DNA of 64,000 nucleotides from Chloroflexota bacterium. GTDB taxonomy: Bacteria; Chloroflexota; UBA11872; VXOZ01. The notes below the pieces were generated by a model. That model had not been told where the DNA came from. It ran no database searches and saw only the letters and a list, made by a program, of their open reading frames with translations. The stretch spans positions 1,088,001-1,152,000 of the forward strand of contig OZ219802.1 of NCBI GenBank assembly GCA_964291655.2, read 5' to 3'. Shown one piece after another: positions 1 through 10,066 of this stretch. How positions within the stretch are numbered: the stretch's first letter is position 1; each line of letters starts with the position of its first letter. Both the position numbers and the translations under genes were made by a program.

Positions 1-33
1 GGAACTGGCTTTGCGCCAAACCAAGAGCTTCAT
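1..33 (-). CDS. possible 5' end of a gene running off the window (MKLLVWRKASS...)
   Basis: ATG at 33 preceded by a purine-rich AGGGTGG on the minus strand, just downstream of the lipoprotein cluster; too short to assign. Confidence 0.3.
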   Translation of the reverse strand, partial: MKLLVWRKASS

Positions 34-83
34 CCACCCTACTGCCGCCCTCTGCTGTGCGTCTGATTTCTCTCAAGGCGGCC

Positions 84-446
84 CTACTCTTGCGGATTGA
101 CGGTCAGAGGTATAGGAATGCGCACCACGGTTACGACTTGCTTCTCCGTATCAATGAAATAGACGGTCTCCACCCCTACCTGTGTACAGACGATCTTAAT
201 CTGTGAAATGGTCTCGCGGAACGAGAGGTACTCCTGGTAGCCTTGGCAGGTCTGCGCCGGTTCATCGAGCTCATAGAAGAGCACCCCTTCGGGCCAGGGC
301 TGCGGCGAAGGAACAGACGCAGGTGATGCGGCTGCCGCAGTCGGCGTAGGCAAGGGTGTCGGCGCTGGCGGCGGCGTTCCCCGGCATCCAACTACTACCA
401 GAACAAGACTGAGCAGCAGGACTCCCGCGCGGCAAGACGTGACCAT
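84..446 (-). CDS. lipoprotein, unknown 2-Cys domain family, paralog 1
   Basis: MVTSCRAGVLLLSLVLVVVGC signal with lipobox, Pro/Thr linker, C-terminal domain similar to the two upstream ORFs; start moved to ATG 446, just after the upstream stop. Confidence 0.8.
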   Translation of the reverse strand: MVTSCRAGVLLLSLVLVVVGCRGTPPPAPTPLPTPTAAAASPASVPSPQPWPEGVLFYELDEPAQTCQGYQEYLSFRETISQIKIVCTQVGVETVYFIDTEKQVVTVVRIPIPLTVNPQE

Positions 447-450
447 TGAC

Positions 451-840
451 TCACGGCATCCCCGGAACCGGCGGCAGCTTGCGGGCAACGGTGATGGTCT
501 GATTGGCCAGATCCAAGATATACACCGTGCCTTTCTCATCGTTCGTGCAGACGAAGCGCACTTGCCGCACAATTTCCATAGATCGATCGGAAATCGATTC
601 TGGGGACACCTCTACCGGCGCCAGAAGTTCCACGAACCCGGGGCACACCTGCTCGCTCACCGATAGGTCGTGAAAGACAATTCCCTGCTTGCGTAGGCCA
701 AGTGCTAACGCGGGCGATGGCGTGGGCTGCGGTACTGCGGTGGGAGTAGGCAGGGGCGTTGCTTGTGCCTCCGATTGTTCGCCGCAGCCGCTCAGCACCA
801 CGAAAAGTACCAATAGAAAGTGAATGCATGGCTGCTTCAC
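451..840 (-). CDS. lipoprotein, unknown 2-Cys domain family, paralog 2
   Basis: VLSGC lipobox, PTPT linker, GIVFHDL...CPGF...VRFVC...TVYILDL domain. Confidence 0.8.
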   Translation of the reverse strand: MKQPCIHFLLVLFVVLSGCGEQSEAQATPLPTPTAVPQPTPSPALALGLRKQGIVFHDLSVSEQVCPGFVELLAPVEVSPESISDRSMEIVRQVRFVCTNDEKGTVYILDLANQTITVARKLPPVPGMP

Positions 841-895
841 GATACGCCCCGTATTGCGATTGCACGACCGCGCCCGAACCGGACATTGCGTGCTC

Positions 896-1345
896 TTACG
901 GTATTTCCGGCTCGAGCAAGGGAACTCGTATGCCCGTCACCACAAGGTTGTCCAAGTCCACAAAATACACCGTCTCCACACCGGGACCGGTGCACGTAAT
1001 CTTGACCTGGGAGACGGTCTGGCGGAATCCGGTAAACTCCTGATACCCCGGGCAGGTCTTCTCGATTTCCGTGAGGTCATAGAAGAGAATGCTCTGCGCT
1101 CGCGTTGGAGGCACCGGAGTGGCCTCCTCCGGCACTGCCTCTTCTGCAGACTTCGAGGCGGCGGCTGGTGCAGGTGTCGGGGTTGTGGTCGATTCAGCAT
1201 CTGCCACTGCCTCAGCAGTCGGCGACGGCACAACCGTCGCCGCGACCGTCGGCGTTGGCGTTACCTCGTCATCTGTAGTCCCGCCGCAACTGACTAACAC
1301 AGCCAATAGCACACAGACGACAACTGAAAGTCCCAACACTCTCAC
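896..1345 (-). CDS. lipoprotein, unknown 2-Cys domain family, paralog 3
   Basis: GTG 1345 after a GAGGAG RBS, VLVSC lipobox, long P/T/A linker, SILFYDL...CPGY...VKITC...TVYFVDL domain. Confidence 0.8.
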   Translation of the reverse strand: MRVLGLSVVVCVLLAVLVSCGGTTDDEVTPTPTVAATVVPSPTAEAVADAESTTTPTPAPAAASKSAEEAVPEEATPVPPTRAQSILFYDLTEIEKTCPGYQEFTGFRQTVSQVKITCTGPGVETVYFVDLDNLVVTGIRVPLLEPEIP

Positions 1346-1636
1346 GTGCCCGCACTCCTCCCTGGCGCCAACCCAGGCAAATCTAGCTCGCGACACATTC
1401 ATTGTGCCTGTCCATACTGTAGCGAAATTTGCCAGGTGTTGCCACGCCGCAACTGACTACGAATTCCTATGGTCGCTAACGCATCGCTTCGTAGCTATAA
1501 GGTAGCATACGGCATTCGGCTCGTGCTCTCGCGCTTGTGTCATTGCGACTCACTCGGGGGAAGTGCTCCCAGGTCGCGAAGGGTTGTCCCACACTCCAGA
1601 TGGAGTGCCACGGTGCCAATGGAATCTTGGCCTCGG

Positions 1637-3388
1637 CTAGCTTGATCCTGCCAATCCAGATTCCCTGTGACCACGGCGCAGCACTTGGGTGGACTCTTCA
1701 TCCACAACCCACGCATCCGGTTGAATCCGCACGCCGTACTCTTGCATGGCCGTGGCGCGGTCGTAGTACCCGCGCCGCACGTCCTGGAGCACCAGGGCCG
1801 CCGGTCGCTCGAAAGGATCCCCGTAGCCGCCCCCACCCGGTGTTCTCAAGCTCAGCACGTCGCCCGGCTCCATGTGCACACCTTCATCTTTGCTGATATG
1901 TTCCGGGCGGAATTCCTCTCCCCGGAGAGTAAATACGTGCTCGGCAGACTGCGCAGACTGGCCGCCCAGAATGCCAAAGGGCGCAAAACGTCCCCGCTCT
2001 CCCAGCAGCGACGCGCTGGCGTCTCCATGACGTATCTGGAACTCAAAGATCACGCCGTACCCGCCCCGCCGCTTGCCTGCGCCTCCCGAACCTTCGCGAA
2101 TGGCGTAGCGCGTGAAGAGTACCGGATAGCGAAATTCGAAGATCTCCAGCGCCTGAGTGCGCGCCACGGCGATCGTGGGATTGCCGTTGATCAAGCCGTC
2201 AGTAAGAAAGTTGCCTCCGTAGCCGCCACCAATGAATGAGTAGAAGACGTAGTAGCCCCGGCCCGGATTCTCACCACCAACCGAGAGATTCGTCACCGTA
2301 CCCATGGGCGCGGCGTAGGCCTTGTCCGGAATCGCCTGCCCCAGCGCGCCGAGCATGACGTCTATCACGCGCTGACAAACTTCGGCAGCACAGCCGGCCA
2401 CCGGGCGCGGCGGCTGCGCGTGGAGAAACGTCGTGGTCGGAATGTCGACCGTGATAGGCGCAAAGCAGCCAGCATTGATGGGCACATCGGGAAAGATATG
2501 CTTAAAGGTGATAAACACTCCGGCGAGCGTCGTGCTGAAGACGCTATTGAGCGGCCCCCGACAAGGAGGACTGCTCTCCGAAAAGTCGACGTGGACGTCG
2601 CTGCCGTTCACCGTCAGTTTCAAGCGGAGCGCCAGCGGCTCCCAGTCCACGCCGTCGCTATCGATGTAATCGGTAAACTCATACGTGCCGTCGGGAATAG
2701 TTTCAATGTGGCTCCGCATCAGTTGTTCCGAGCGCGCCTTCATTTCGTCCACGGCCTCAAAGACAGTCGCTTCACCGTAGCGGTCGAGAAGCTTTGTCAA
2801 GCGGTCAGCGCCAAGATTAAGCGCGGTGATCTTCGCGATGACATCGCCTTGACGTTCGGCCGAAACCCGCACGTTGTAGAGAATGATGTCGAGAACATCT
2901 TGATTCAGCTTGCCCTTGTCCATGATCCGCACCGGCGGCAGTCGCAAGCCCTCTTGGTAGATCTCCGTCGCCCTGGTCGAAAATCCGCCCGGCACACGCC
3001 CGCCGATATCCGGCCAATGACCGCTGTTTGCCAAGAAGGCCGTGAGCTTGCCTTTATAGAAGAACGGCCTCACCATCTTGACGTCCATCAGGTGGGTGCC
3101 GCCCATGTAGGGATCGTTGACGATGTAGACATCGCCGTCCGCGATATTCGTCACTCGCTCGATTACGGAGCGGACCGTGAATTCCATCACGCAGATGAAG
3201 TTGGGCAGGCCCCGCGGCCCCTGCATGATCACCTCACCGTCCCGCACGTGGTAGATGCCGCTGGCGCGGTCGAATCCATCCGAGATGACGGGAGAGAATG
3301 CCATTCGCTCTAGGGTAGCATCCATCTCGTCGGCGATTTGCTCCAAGCCGCCACGGATCACCGCCAGTGTAATTGGGTCAATGGGCAT
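1637..3388 (-). CDS. hyuB: hydantoinase B / 5-oxoprolinase family subunit
   Basis: DPITLAVI start, NDPYMGGTHLMD, GHWPDIGG, EIYQEG, TPGGGGYGDP motifs. Confidence 0.93.
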   Translation of the reverse strand: MPIDPITLAVIRGGLEQIADEMDATLERMAFSPVISDGFDRASGIYHVRDGEVIMQGPRGLPNFICVMEFTVRSVIERVTNIADGDVYIVNDPYMGGTHLMDVKMVRPFFYKGKLTAFLANSGHWPDIGGRVPGGFSTRATEIYQEGLRLPPVRIMDKGKLNQDVLDIILYNVRVSAERQGDVIAKITALNLGADRLTKLLDRYGEATVFEAVDEMKARSEQLMRSHIETIPDGTYEFTDYIDSDGVDWEPLALRLKLTVNGSDVHVDFSESSPPCRGPLNSVFSTTLAGVFITFKHIFPDVPINAGCFAPITVDIPTTTFLHAQPPRPVAGCAAEVCQRVIDVMLGALGQAIPDKAYAAPMGTVTNLSVGGENPGRGYYVFYSFIGGGYGGNFLTDGLINGNPTIAVARTQALEIFEFRYPVLFTRYAIREGSGGAGKRRGGYGVIFEFQIRHGDASASLLGERGRFAPFGILGGQSAQSAEHVFTLRGEEFRPEHISKDEGVHMEPGDVLSLRTPGGGGYGDPFERPAALVLQDVRRGYYDRATAMQEYGVRIQPDAWVVDEESTQVLRRGHRESGLAGSS

Positions 3389-3389
3389 C

Positions 3390-5456
3390 CTAGGTCACCT
3401 CTATAAGCAGGCTGCCGCCCTCTGCCACAGTGGCGTGGCACCAAGGTTCCAGCCAAACCGTCGTGTCCGATTGCTCGATGAGCGCCGGGCCGGATAACAC
3501 AGTGCCCCAAGGCAGCTCAGTACGATTGTAAACCGGGCATGACACGAAGCTATCGTCTACGTATACGGAACGTTCCTCCTTGAGGGCATCCACCAACGTA
3601 GTTTCAGGGGCTTTTACAAAGTCTCTCAATTGCACGTCGGTGCGTACGCCAATCACTGCCGTCCTAAGGTTGAGCAGGCGAATGGGGATCTGTGCCAGCA
3701 ATTCCTCCAAGCCGCTAAGGCCTTCTTCTACGCGGCCATAGTGTTGCAGGTAGGCGCTGCGAAAACTCGCGGCGATGGCATCACGGCTGAGTTCTCCCGC
3801 CGGCAACGTAGTACGGATAACGTGGGTCTGCCCTTCATAGGATATGTCGGCTTCGCGGACGACGTGCACGCGAGTGAGAGGCACGTTCTCGCCTGCAAGC
3901 ATCTCCTCACCTGCCGCGAGATGGTCGGCAAGGGTGCGCTCTACCGCGGCTAGATCAAGCTCGCTAAGCAGACAGTTCTGCATAGTTACGAAGTCATGCT
4001 GGCGGTCGGCAATCACGCATCCCCACGCGGACGCAATTCCAGGATAGTACGGTACAATGCCTTGCCCGATGCTCAACTCACGCAGGAGATATCCCACATG
4101 CAAAGGGCCGCTGCCGCCAAATGAGAAGAGCGCAAAGTCACGCGGATCGTGGCCCTTGTCGATAGAAACACGGCGGAGGCTGCCGGCAATCCGGTTATTT
4201 GCAACTGTTACAATCGCGTGCGCCGCCTGCTCGGTGGAGAGACCCAGCGGCTTGCCGATACTCTCCGTAATTACAGTTCGAGCACTCGCTACGTCGAATG
4301 ATGCGCCAGCAACGCCTGCGATTGGGTAGTTGGGGTTGATTCTGCCTAGGATCAAGTTGGCGTCCGTGAGAGTCGGCGCCGTACCGTTCCTGCCGTAACA
4401 GACCGGCCCAGGTTCCGCGCCTGCGCTCTGCGGCCCCACCTGCAGCAAGCCCCCCTGATCGATCCGCGCAATGCTCCCCCCACCTGCGCCAATCGTATGG
4501 ATATCGATCATCGAGACCATGAGGGGAATGCCGAATTCCAGATCCATGCCGCCCGATGGGAGGGGCTTGCCCTCCTGCACGAGGGAGACGTCGAGGCTCG
4601 TGCCCCCCATGTCATAGGTGATGAGATTGGAGAAGCCACTCTCGGCGGCAACTCTCGTAGCGGCGATCACGCCTGCCGCGGGACCGGAGAGCACAGTGTT
4701 AAGGGGCAGGTCGCGCACGGAGGCGGCGGACATCATGCCGCCATTCGACTGCATGATGAAGAGATCGCTCGCGTATCCGCGCTCGCTGAGCCGTTCTTCC
4801 AACTGTTCCAAGTACCGGCCCACGTTCGGCTGGACGTAGGCGTTCACGACTGCCGTGCTCGTGCGCTCGAACTCGCGGAACACCGGCAGTGTCTCGCTTG
4901 ACGCAACGACGTAGAGATGCGGCCACTCTGCCTGCAGGATCTCCTTGGCGCGAAGTTCGTGCTCCGGGTTTGCGTACGCGTTCATGAAGCTGACGACGAT
5001 GGCTTCCACCCATTGCGCCAATAGCAGTCTCCCCGCCTCCAGCACATCCTCTTCGCACAAAGGGGTAAGCACAGTGCCTTCGGCGGCGATGCGCTCGGTC
5101 ACCTCGAGGCGGCGGTCACGCGGGATGAGGGGTTCGAATGACCCGGTGAGGCCGTACATGTGGGGGCGGTCGCGGCGGCGCAGTTCCAGAATGTCGCGGA
5201 AGCCGCGCGTCGCAATCAGGCCGCAGCGTCCGCCGTCGCGTTCCAAGACGGCATTGGTAGCTACGGTCGTGCCATGGGTGACGAGATCGATATTGGCGTA
5301 AGACACATGCAAACCGTCCAAGGCAGAAATGAAGCCGCTGGACTGATCGTCGGGAGTGGTGGCGACTTTGTCTATTTGCAGTTCGCGGCGCGCCTCATCG
5401 AGCACGACCACGTCAGTAAACGTGCCGCCAATGTCTACACCAACGAGCGTGCCCAT
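3390..5456 (-). CDS. hyuA: hydantoinase A / 5-oxoprolinase family ATP-binding subunit
   Basis: GVDIGGTFTD, HGTTVATN, SGPAAG, DMGGTS, GAGGGSIA motifs; 1 bp from hyuB. Confidence 0.93.
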   Translation of the reverse strand: MGTLVGVDIGGTFTDVVVLDEARRELQIDKVATTPDDQSSGFISALDGLHVSYANIDLVTHGTTVATNAVLERDGGRCGLIATRGFRDILELRRRDRPHMYGLTGSFEPLIPRDRRLEVTERIAAEGTVLTPLCEEDVLEAGRLLLAQWVEAIVVSFMNAYANPEHELRAKEILQAEWPHLYVVASSETLPVFREFERTSTAVVNAYVQPNVGRYLEQLEERLSERGYASDLFIMQSNGGMMSAASVRDLPLNTVLSGPAAGVIAATRVAAESGFSNLITYDMGGTSLDVSLVQEGKPLPSGGMDLEFGIPLMVSMIDIHTIGAGGGSIARIDQGGLLQVGPQSAGAEPGPVCYGRNGTAPTLTDANLILGRINPNYPIAGVAGASFDVASARTVITESIGKPLGLSTEQAAHAIVTVANNRIAGSLRRVSIDKGHDPRDFALFSFGGSGPLHVGYLLRELSIGQGIVPYYPGIASAWGCVIADRQHDFVTMQNCLLSELDLAAVERTLADHLAAGEEMLAGENVPLTRVHVVREADISYEGQTHVIRTTLPAGELSRDAIAASFRSAYLQHYGRVEEGLSGLEELLAQIPIRLLNLRTAVIGVRTDVQLRDFVKAPETTLVDALKEERSVYVDDSFVSCPVYNRTELPWGTVLSGPALIEQSDTTVWLEPWCHATVAEGGSLLIEVT

Positions 5457-5509
5457 GCGCTGTGACCCTTAAGACAAAGATGACTGCAAAGTTTTGTAGA
5501 GTAAAGTGT

Positions 5510-5845
5510 TTAGGAGATGAGGCCTAAGCGCTTACCAACTTGGTGGAAGTTTATGCTCCAACCCCAGCCAAAAATGTGCGGCGTAAGAATGCGCGTGTCC
5601 TCCGGATTCCACAATCGTCCCTTAAGCCGCTCGATCGTCGGCGGGCTGAAACTATAGGGAATGCCCAGTAGTTCTCCCTCAGTTTCGCGGCGCATGAAGG
5701 CTACAAGGCCGACAATTGCCGTGGCCACTGCGGCGAGCACGCCGGCGCGTTCACTACGGTTGATCCTGCCAAAGGGTGCGATTGACACGATGCCAAGCAA
5801 GAGAGCAAAGACTATGAGGAGTATACGTTTGGTATTGTCGGACAT
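5510..5845 (-). CDS. small membrane protein with DUF5808-like C-terminus
   Basis: two hydrophobic segments plus WNPEDTRILTPHIFGWGWSINF motif; ATG 2 bp after dapF stop. Confidence 0.75.
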   Translation of the reverse strand: MSDNTKRILLIVFALLLGIVSIAPFGRINRSERAGVLAAVATAIVGLVAFMRRETEGELLGIPYSFSPPTIERLKGRLWNPEDTRILTPHIFGWGWSINFHQVGKRLGLIS

Positions 5846-5847
5846 GC

Positions 5848-6696
5848 CTAGTCTCCCTGCAGCCAGGTGCCGGCGAAGACCGTCTGCGCCGATCCCCGCA
5901 TGAGCACGCGACCCTCGCCGTCCCACGAAATGGTCAAATCGCCACCGGGTAGACCCACGGTGACGGTCTCGTCCGTCAGGCCATGCAAGCGGGCGGCCAC
6001 AGCCGTGGCGCATGCGCCGGTGCCGCAGGCCAGCGTGGGTCCCGCCCCGCGTTCCCAGACTTTGACTTCGATCCGATCGCGCCCAACCACGTGGGCAATC
6101 TCGAAGTTCGTGCGCTTTGGAAACGCCGGATGGTGCTCTACTTCCGGGCCGATTGTTGTTAGCGGGAAGGACTCGATGTCATCGAGAAACGTAATGGCGT
6201 GAGGGTTGCCCATTGAAACTGCCGTTATGGTTAGATCGGTGCCATTCACACTGAGCGGCATGTCCTTTACCGGCGTGGTGCTCGCCTGAACCGGTATCTC
6301 CGCCGGGTCGAGAAAGGGCGGTCCCATGTCCACCGAAACGGAGAAATTGTCGTTATCTCCCGGGTGCACGTTGACCTTGAGCATTCCGGCAAGCGTATCG
6401 ACCTCCAGCCAACCCTCGCCAATCTCTCCCGTATCGTAGAGATACTTGGCAAAGCAGCGGATACCGTTGCCGCACATCTCAGCTTCGCTGCCGTCGGGAT
6501 TGAACATGCGAAATTGGTAGCCTTGGCTATCATCCCTATCGATGAGCAGCAAACCGTCGCTGCCCACGCCGAAATTACGGTCGCAGAGCTTTGACGCCAG
6601 GTCTGCCCACGCCCTTGCACCGTTGGCGCGGGTGTCTACCACGACAAAATCATTGCCCGTTCCGTGCATCTTTGTGAACTCTATGTCCTGTGCCAT
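5848..6696 (-). CDS. dapF: diaminopimelate epimerase
   Basis: FTKMHGTGNDF, EMCGNGIRC, SMGNPHA, ERGAGPTLACGTGACA. Confidence 0.97.
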   Translation of the reverse strand: MAQDIEFTKMHGTGNDFVVVDTRANGARAWADLASKLCDRNFGVGSDGLLLIDRDDSQGYQFRMFNPDGSEAEMCGNGIRCFAKYLYDTGEIGEGWLEVDTLAGMLKVNVHPGDNDNFSVSVDMGPPFLDPAEIPVQASTTPVKDMPLSVNGTDLTITAVSMGNPHAITFLDDIESFPLTTIGPEVEHHPAFPKRTNFEIAHVVGRDRIEVKVWERGAGPTLACGTGACATAVAARLHGLTDETVTVGLPGGDLTISWDGEGRVLMRGSAQTVFAGTWLQGD

Positions 6697-6744
6697 CACG
6701 TGCTCCCTACTCTCAGTTGCCAACCTGAAATAGACGCTAACGTC

Positions 6745-6783
6745 CTAGCGCGGGGGCTTGCCCCTCCCATCGGCGGGGGCCGA
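6745..6783 (+). repeat. GTAG-type REP-like palindrome
   Basis: CTAGCGCGGGGGCTTGCCCCTCCC resembles copies at 32342-32471 and 45209-45517. Confidence 0.6.
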
Positions 6784-7001
6784 CACAACTGTCTCCGCAA
6801 TCACGTCCATCCCAGCGCATCGACTCTGACTACCGCCCATTGCCAGCCTGCACAGATCGCCGCGGGCGTTACCAGAGCAAGCCTATTGCTAACCCCACAC
6901 CTGAGCTAACGTCTCTTCGCCCCCAAGACAGGAGGCTTTCCCAACAATCCTCGTCTTACACACTGCGCTGCGATCAGAAGTACATCACAGCAGCGTGTTG
7001 C

Positions 7002-7330
7002 CTAGCGCGGTATGAGTTCCAGCGCCGCCAAAACGCCAATAACCACAATTGCCACGGCATAGAGGTGCAACCGCATGCGCAGTTCCATCTCGCGCATGTC
7101 TGACTTGATCGCTGCTCCCAATGCCTTGATATCGCCTCTGACCCCTTCTATGTCGGCTTTAGTCGCTGCTGCAAGTGCCCTGATGTCGCCTCTGACCTCA
7201 TCTAAGTCTGACTTGGTCACGAGGGTACCCGCGAATCGCCGAGGGTCTCCAGGATGGCTTCCGCCATTTCTCTGCTGTATCCCGCGCCCCTGAGTCGCTC
7301 GAACGCCTTATGCGTATCCTTAACCGCCAC
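7002..7330 (-). pseudogene. frameshifted DUF1640/CCDC90-like coiled-coil membrane-anchored protein
   Basis: GTG 7330 gives MAVKDTHKAFERLRGAGYSREMAEAILETLGDSR, homologous to the ORF at 34101; the continuation TLVTKSDL... is in the -1 frame near 7228-7231. Confidence 0.75.
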
Positions 7331-8309
7331 AGCTCAATGCCCCTTTAGTCGCCCGGTACCTGGACCGCCGTTCGCATTCCCTGTAGAATCCTCTAATCTC
7401 TTCCCCCACAGATACTACAGTATCGGTACCAATCTCTGTCCATTGTATGCCCTTTTGCTTGCGGAACCAAGTCTCCTGACGTTTGGCGAGCTGGTGCGTG
7501 GCATACTTGGTCTGCTGGATTGCCTCCGTCAAAGTGCATGATCCCTGCAAGTAGGCGGCGAGCTGGCGATACCCGGCGCTCTGCATGCTCGGAAGGTCGG
7601 TCGCAATGCCTGCGGCGAGCAAGTCTTCGACCTCTGCAATGAAGCCATCCGCAATCATGCGGTCAACGCGTTCGTCGATGCGCTGATACAAGCTGTCGCG
7701 GTCGGTGCGCAGTCCGATCTGCAAGATGGGGAATGAGGGCGGACGGCGTTTGCGCTGCGCAGAGAACGGCTCGCCGGTAACTATGCTGACCTCTAAGGCA
7801 CGAATGAGCCGCCGGGGATTATGCCGATCTATTTGCGCCGCAGCTGCGGGATCTAGGCGCAGCAATTGTGCAAACAGAGCGTCGATGCCCTCGTCCCGCA
7901 TTGTCTGTTCAAGCTCCGCCCGCAACTCAGGTTCAGGCGGCACAGCAGGAAGTTCCAGGCCGTCTACGATGGACTGGACATACAGTCCGGTACCGCCCAC
8001 GAGCCACGGGCGCTTGCGGCGGGCAACGAGCTGCTGAATCGCGGCCTCTGCTTGCTCGCGCCAAACCGAAACAGAGTAGGAAGCGCTATCCGCTGGCGCC
8101 ACGTCCACAACGTGGTGAGTCACCTGTTTTCGTTCCGCCAGCGTCGGTTTTGCCGTACCGATGTCCAAACCGCAATAGACCTGGCGGGAATCGGCGCTGA
8201 CAATCTCCGCACCAAACTCTGCCGCGAGGGCCATAGCCACCGCACTCTTGCCCACGGCGGTAGCGCCGACGATAGTTACGAGGGCGTCGGGCACGATGCC
8301 TGTGTTCAT
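7320..8309 (-). CDS. miaA: tRNA dimethylallyltransferase
   Basis: GATAVGKS, SADSRQVY, DIGTAKP, VGGTGLY, RRLIRALEV, AKRQETWFR. Confidence 0.97.
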   Translation of the reverse strand: MNTGIVPDALVTIVGATAVGKSAVAMALAAEFGAEIVSADSRQVYCGLDIGTAKPTLAERKQVTHHVVDVAPADSASYSVSVWREQAEAAIQQLVARRKRPWLVGGTGLYVQSIVDGLELPAVPPEPELRAELEQTMRDEGIDALFAQLLRLDPAAAAQIDRHNPRRLIRALEVSIVTGEPFSAQRKRRPPSFPILQIGLRTDRDSLYQRIDERVDRMIADGFIAEVEDLLAAGIATDLPSMQSAGYRQLAAYLQGSCTLTEAIQQTKYATHQLAKRQETWFRKQKGIQWTEIGTDTVVSVGEEIRGFYRECERRSRYRATKGALSCGG

Positions 8310-8463
8310 GGAACAAGCAAGACGCAGAGCATAGGGATGATGTCATGCCGCAGCAAGCGGCAACAGAAATTCTGCAATACCTGATTCATGATACGTGCAG
8401 AGGGTCACATGTACTGACCCAGGAGAACTGCCTACTATGGCGAACGGGGATCTGCCCCAGCCA

Positions 8464-9213
8464 CTACATCAGGCTTGCCCCGAGCACCAGCTCCGGCACA
8501 AACGCGCGGGGAGGGAGAGCAGCAATAAAGAGCGCCGCCTCCGCCACGTCTTCCGGTTGTAGCATCTTGGCAAATGCTTCCGGCGGCGGCGGCTCCGGCC
8601 GTTTTTCCATCAGCGGTGTTTCACAGGGGCCGGGAAAAACCACCGAAACACGAATGCCGCGGTCACGCTCCTCCATCATGGTGCCGTGCGCCAGTCCGCG
8701 TACGCCATGTTTCGTAGCTTGGTAGGCAATACCGGCAACCACGTTGGGCTTTTGCACGGCATCTGAAGAGTAGTGGATAATCGTGCCGGCGCCCTGCTCG
8801 CGCATAGTCGGCAAGACCGCATCTACGAGATTGTAGGCAACCGTAAGATTGTGCGCGATCATCATATCCCAATCCGCGGGCCCCATCTCAGTAAAGGCGC
8901 GGTTCTTGATATTGGTGCCCACGCTGTTGACCAGCACGTCAATTTTGCCAAACTGCTCGCGAGCCCGCTCGGCCATGGCAGCAACAGCGGCGCGGTCATT
9001 CGCATCAGTCGGCACTGCCAATGCGGTGCCGCCGTTCTGTGTAATTTCGTCCACCAGCGCGGCGAGCTTTTCAGTGCTGCGCGCCGTCACGACCACGGCT
9101 GCGCCTTCCTGAGCAAAGAGTCGCGCCGTCGCCGCGCCCATGCCGGAACTGGCGCCGCCTACTATGGCTACCATGTCATTCAGTTTTCCCACGCGTCCCC
9201 AAACTCCCTTCAC
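8464..9213 (-). CDS. short-chain dehydrogenase/reductase
   Basis: GASSGMG NAD(P) motif, YQATK catalytic YxxxK; true start may be slightly downstream. Confidence 0.92.
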   Translation of the reverse strand: MKGVWGRVGKLNDMVAIVGGASSGMGAATARLFAQEGAAVVVTARSTEKLAALVDEITQNGGTALAVPTDANDRAAVAAMAERAREQFGKIDVLVNSVGTNIKNRAFTEMGPADWDMMIAHNLTVAYNLVDAVLPTMREQGAGTIIHYSSDAVQKPNVVAGIAYQATKHGVRGLAHGTMMEERDRGIRVSVVFPGPCETPLMEKRPEPPPPEAFAKMLQPEDVAEAALFIAALPPRAFVPELVLGASLM

Positions 9214-9265
9214 GGCACGTTGCTACTGCATTCGCGCCAACTCTCAATTAGTTTGTCGGTCACCA

Positions 9266-10066
9266 CTAGTCTACATCTGCCCCAAGTTCATCCAGCAGCC
9301 CGTGCAAGTATTCGCGGGCGCGCGTGGCCTCGTGGTGGACTTCCTCAATGGTTCCCTCGCCAAGTTGCTCAATCATGCAGGGACCGTCAAAGTCGTGGTC
9401 GCGCAGGATTGTAAAGAGCGCCTTAAAGTCAACGTCGCCGTCGCCGGGGGTCACATCCACCGAGCCATTGACGCCGCCGGTCTCATCTTTGATTGACATC
9501 CCTGCCACGTACGGCGCGAGTTCCTCAAAATCGTCCTCCGGCCGCTCGCCGGTGTAGAAGAGCACGTTGCCTGGATCGTAGAAGACCTTCAAATTATCGG
9601 AACTAATGCGCTTCATGAGCGCCACCAACCCTCGCGCGGTGGCCGTCACACCGCCGTGGGGCTTCATCATCACCACGATGCCTTTGCTCTTGGCATACTC
9701 CGCGGCTTCTTCCATGAGTTGCAGGAACTGATCGTAAAGCGCCTCGTCATTGGTGCCGCTATTGTGCATGTAGGTCGCGCCCAGCGTGTGGCTATTGTCC
9801 ACATAGCTGTGTAGCGCCGAGCGGGCAACGGATTCATCGCCCCACGGAATGCTCGTATAGTTCTCCAAGTTCTTTAGGTTGTACTTCTCAAGCAACCTGG
9901 CGAGGTTTGCTACCTGGTCTGCGGACGCGTTGGGCGGCAACGGCGGGCCATCCCCCGCTGTCATGAATCCGAAATTCTTGAACCCCGCCTGCGCTGTACC
10001 TTCCATCGAGACCTCCAACGCATACTTGGTCCAAGGCCGACTGAAACACCCCAGGTGTACTTTCAT
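9266..10066 (-). CDS. sugar phosphate isomerase/epimerase family (TIM barrel)
   Basis: KPHGG, YDPGN, SIKD, PGDGDVDF, CMIE motifs. Confidence 0.85.
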   Translation of the reverse strand: MKVHLGCFSRPWTKYALEVSMEGTAQAGFKNFGFMTAGDGPPLPPNASADQVANLARLLEKYNLKNLENYTSIPWGDESVARSALHSYVDNSHTLGATYMHNSGTNDEALYDQFLQLMEEAAEYAKSKGIVVMMKPHGGVTATARGLVALMKRISSDNLKVFYDPGNVLFYTGERPEDDFEELAPYVAGMSIKDETGGVNGSVDVTPGDGDVDFKALFTILRDHDFDGPCMIEQLGEGTIEEVHHEATRAREYLHGLLDELGADVD

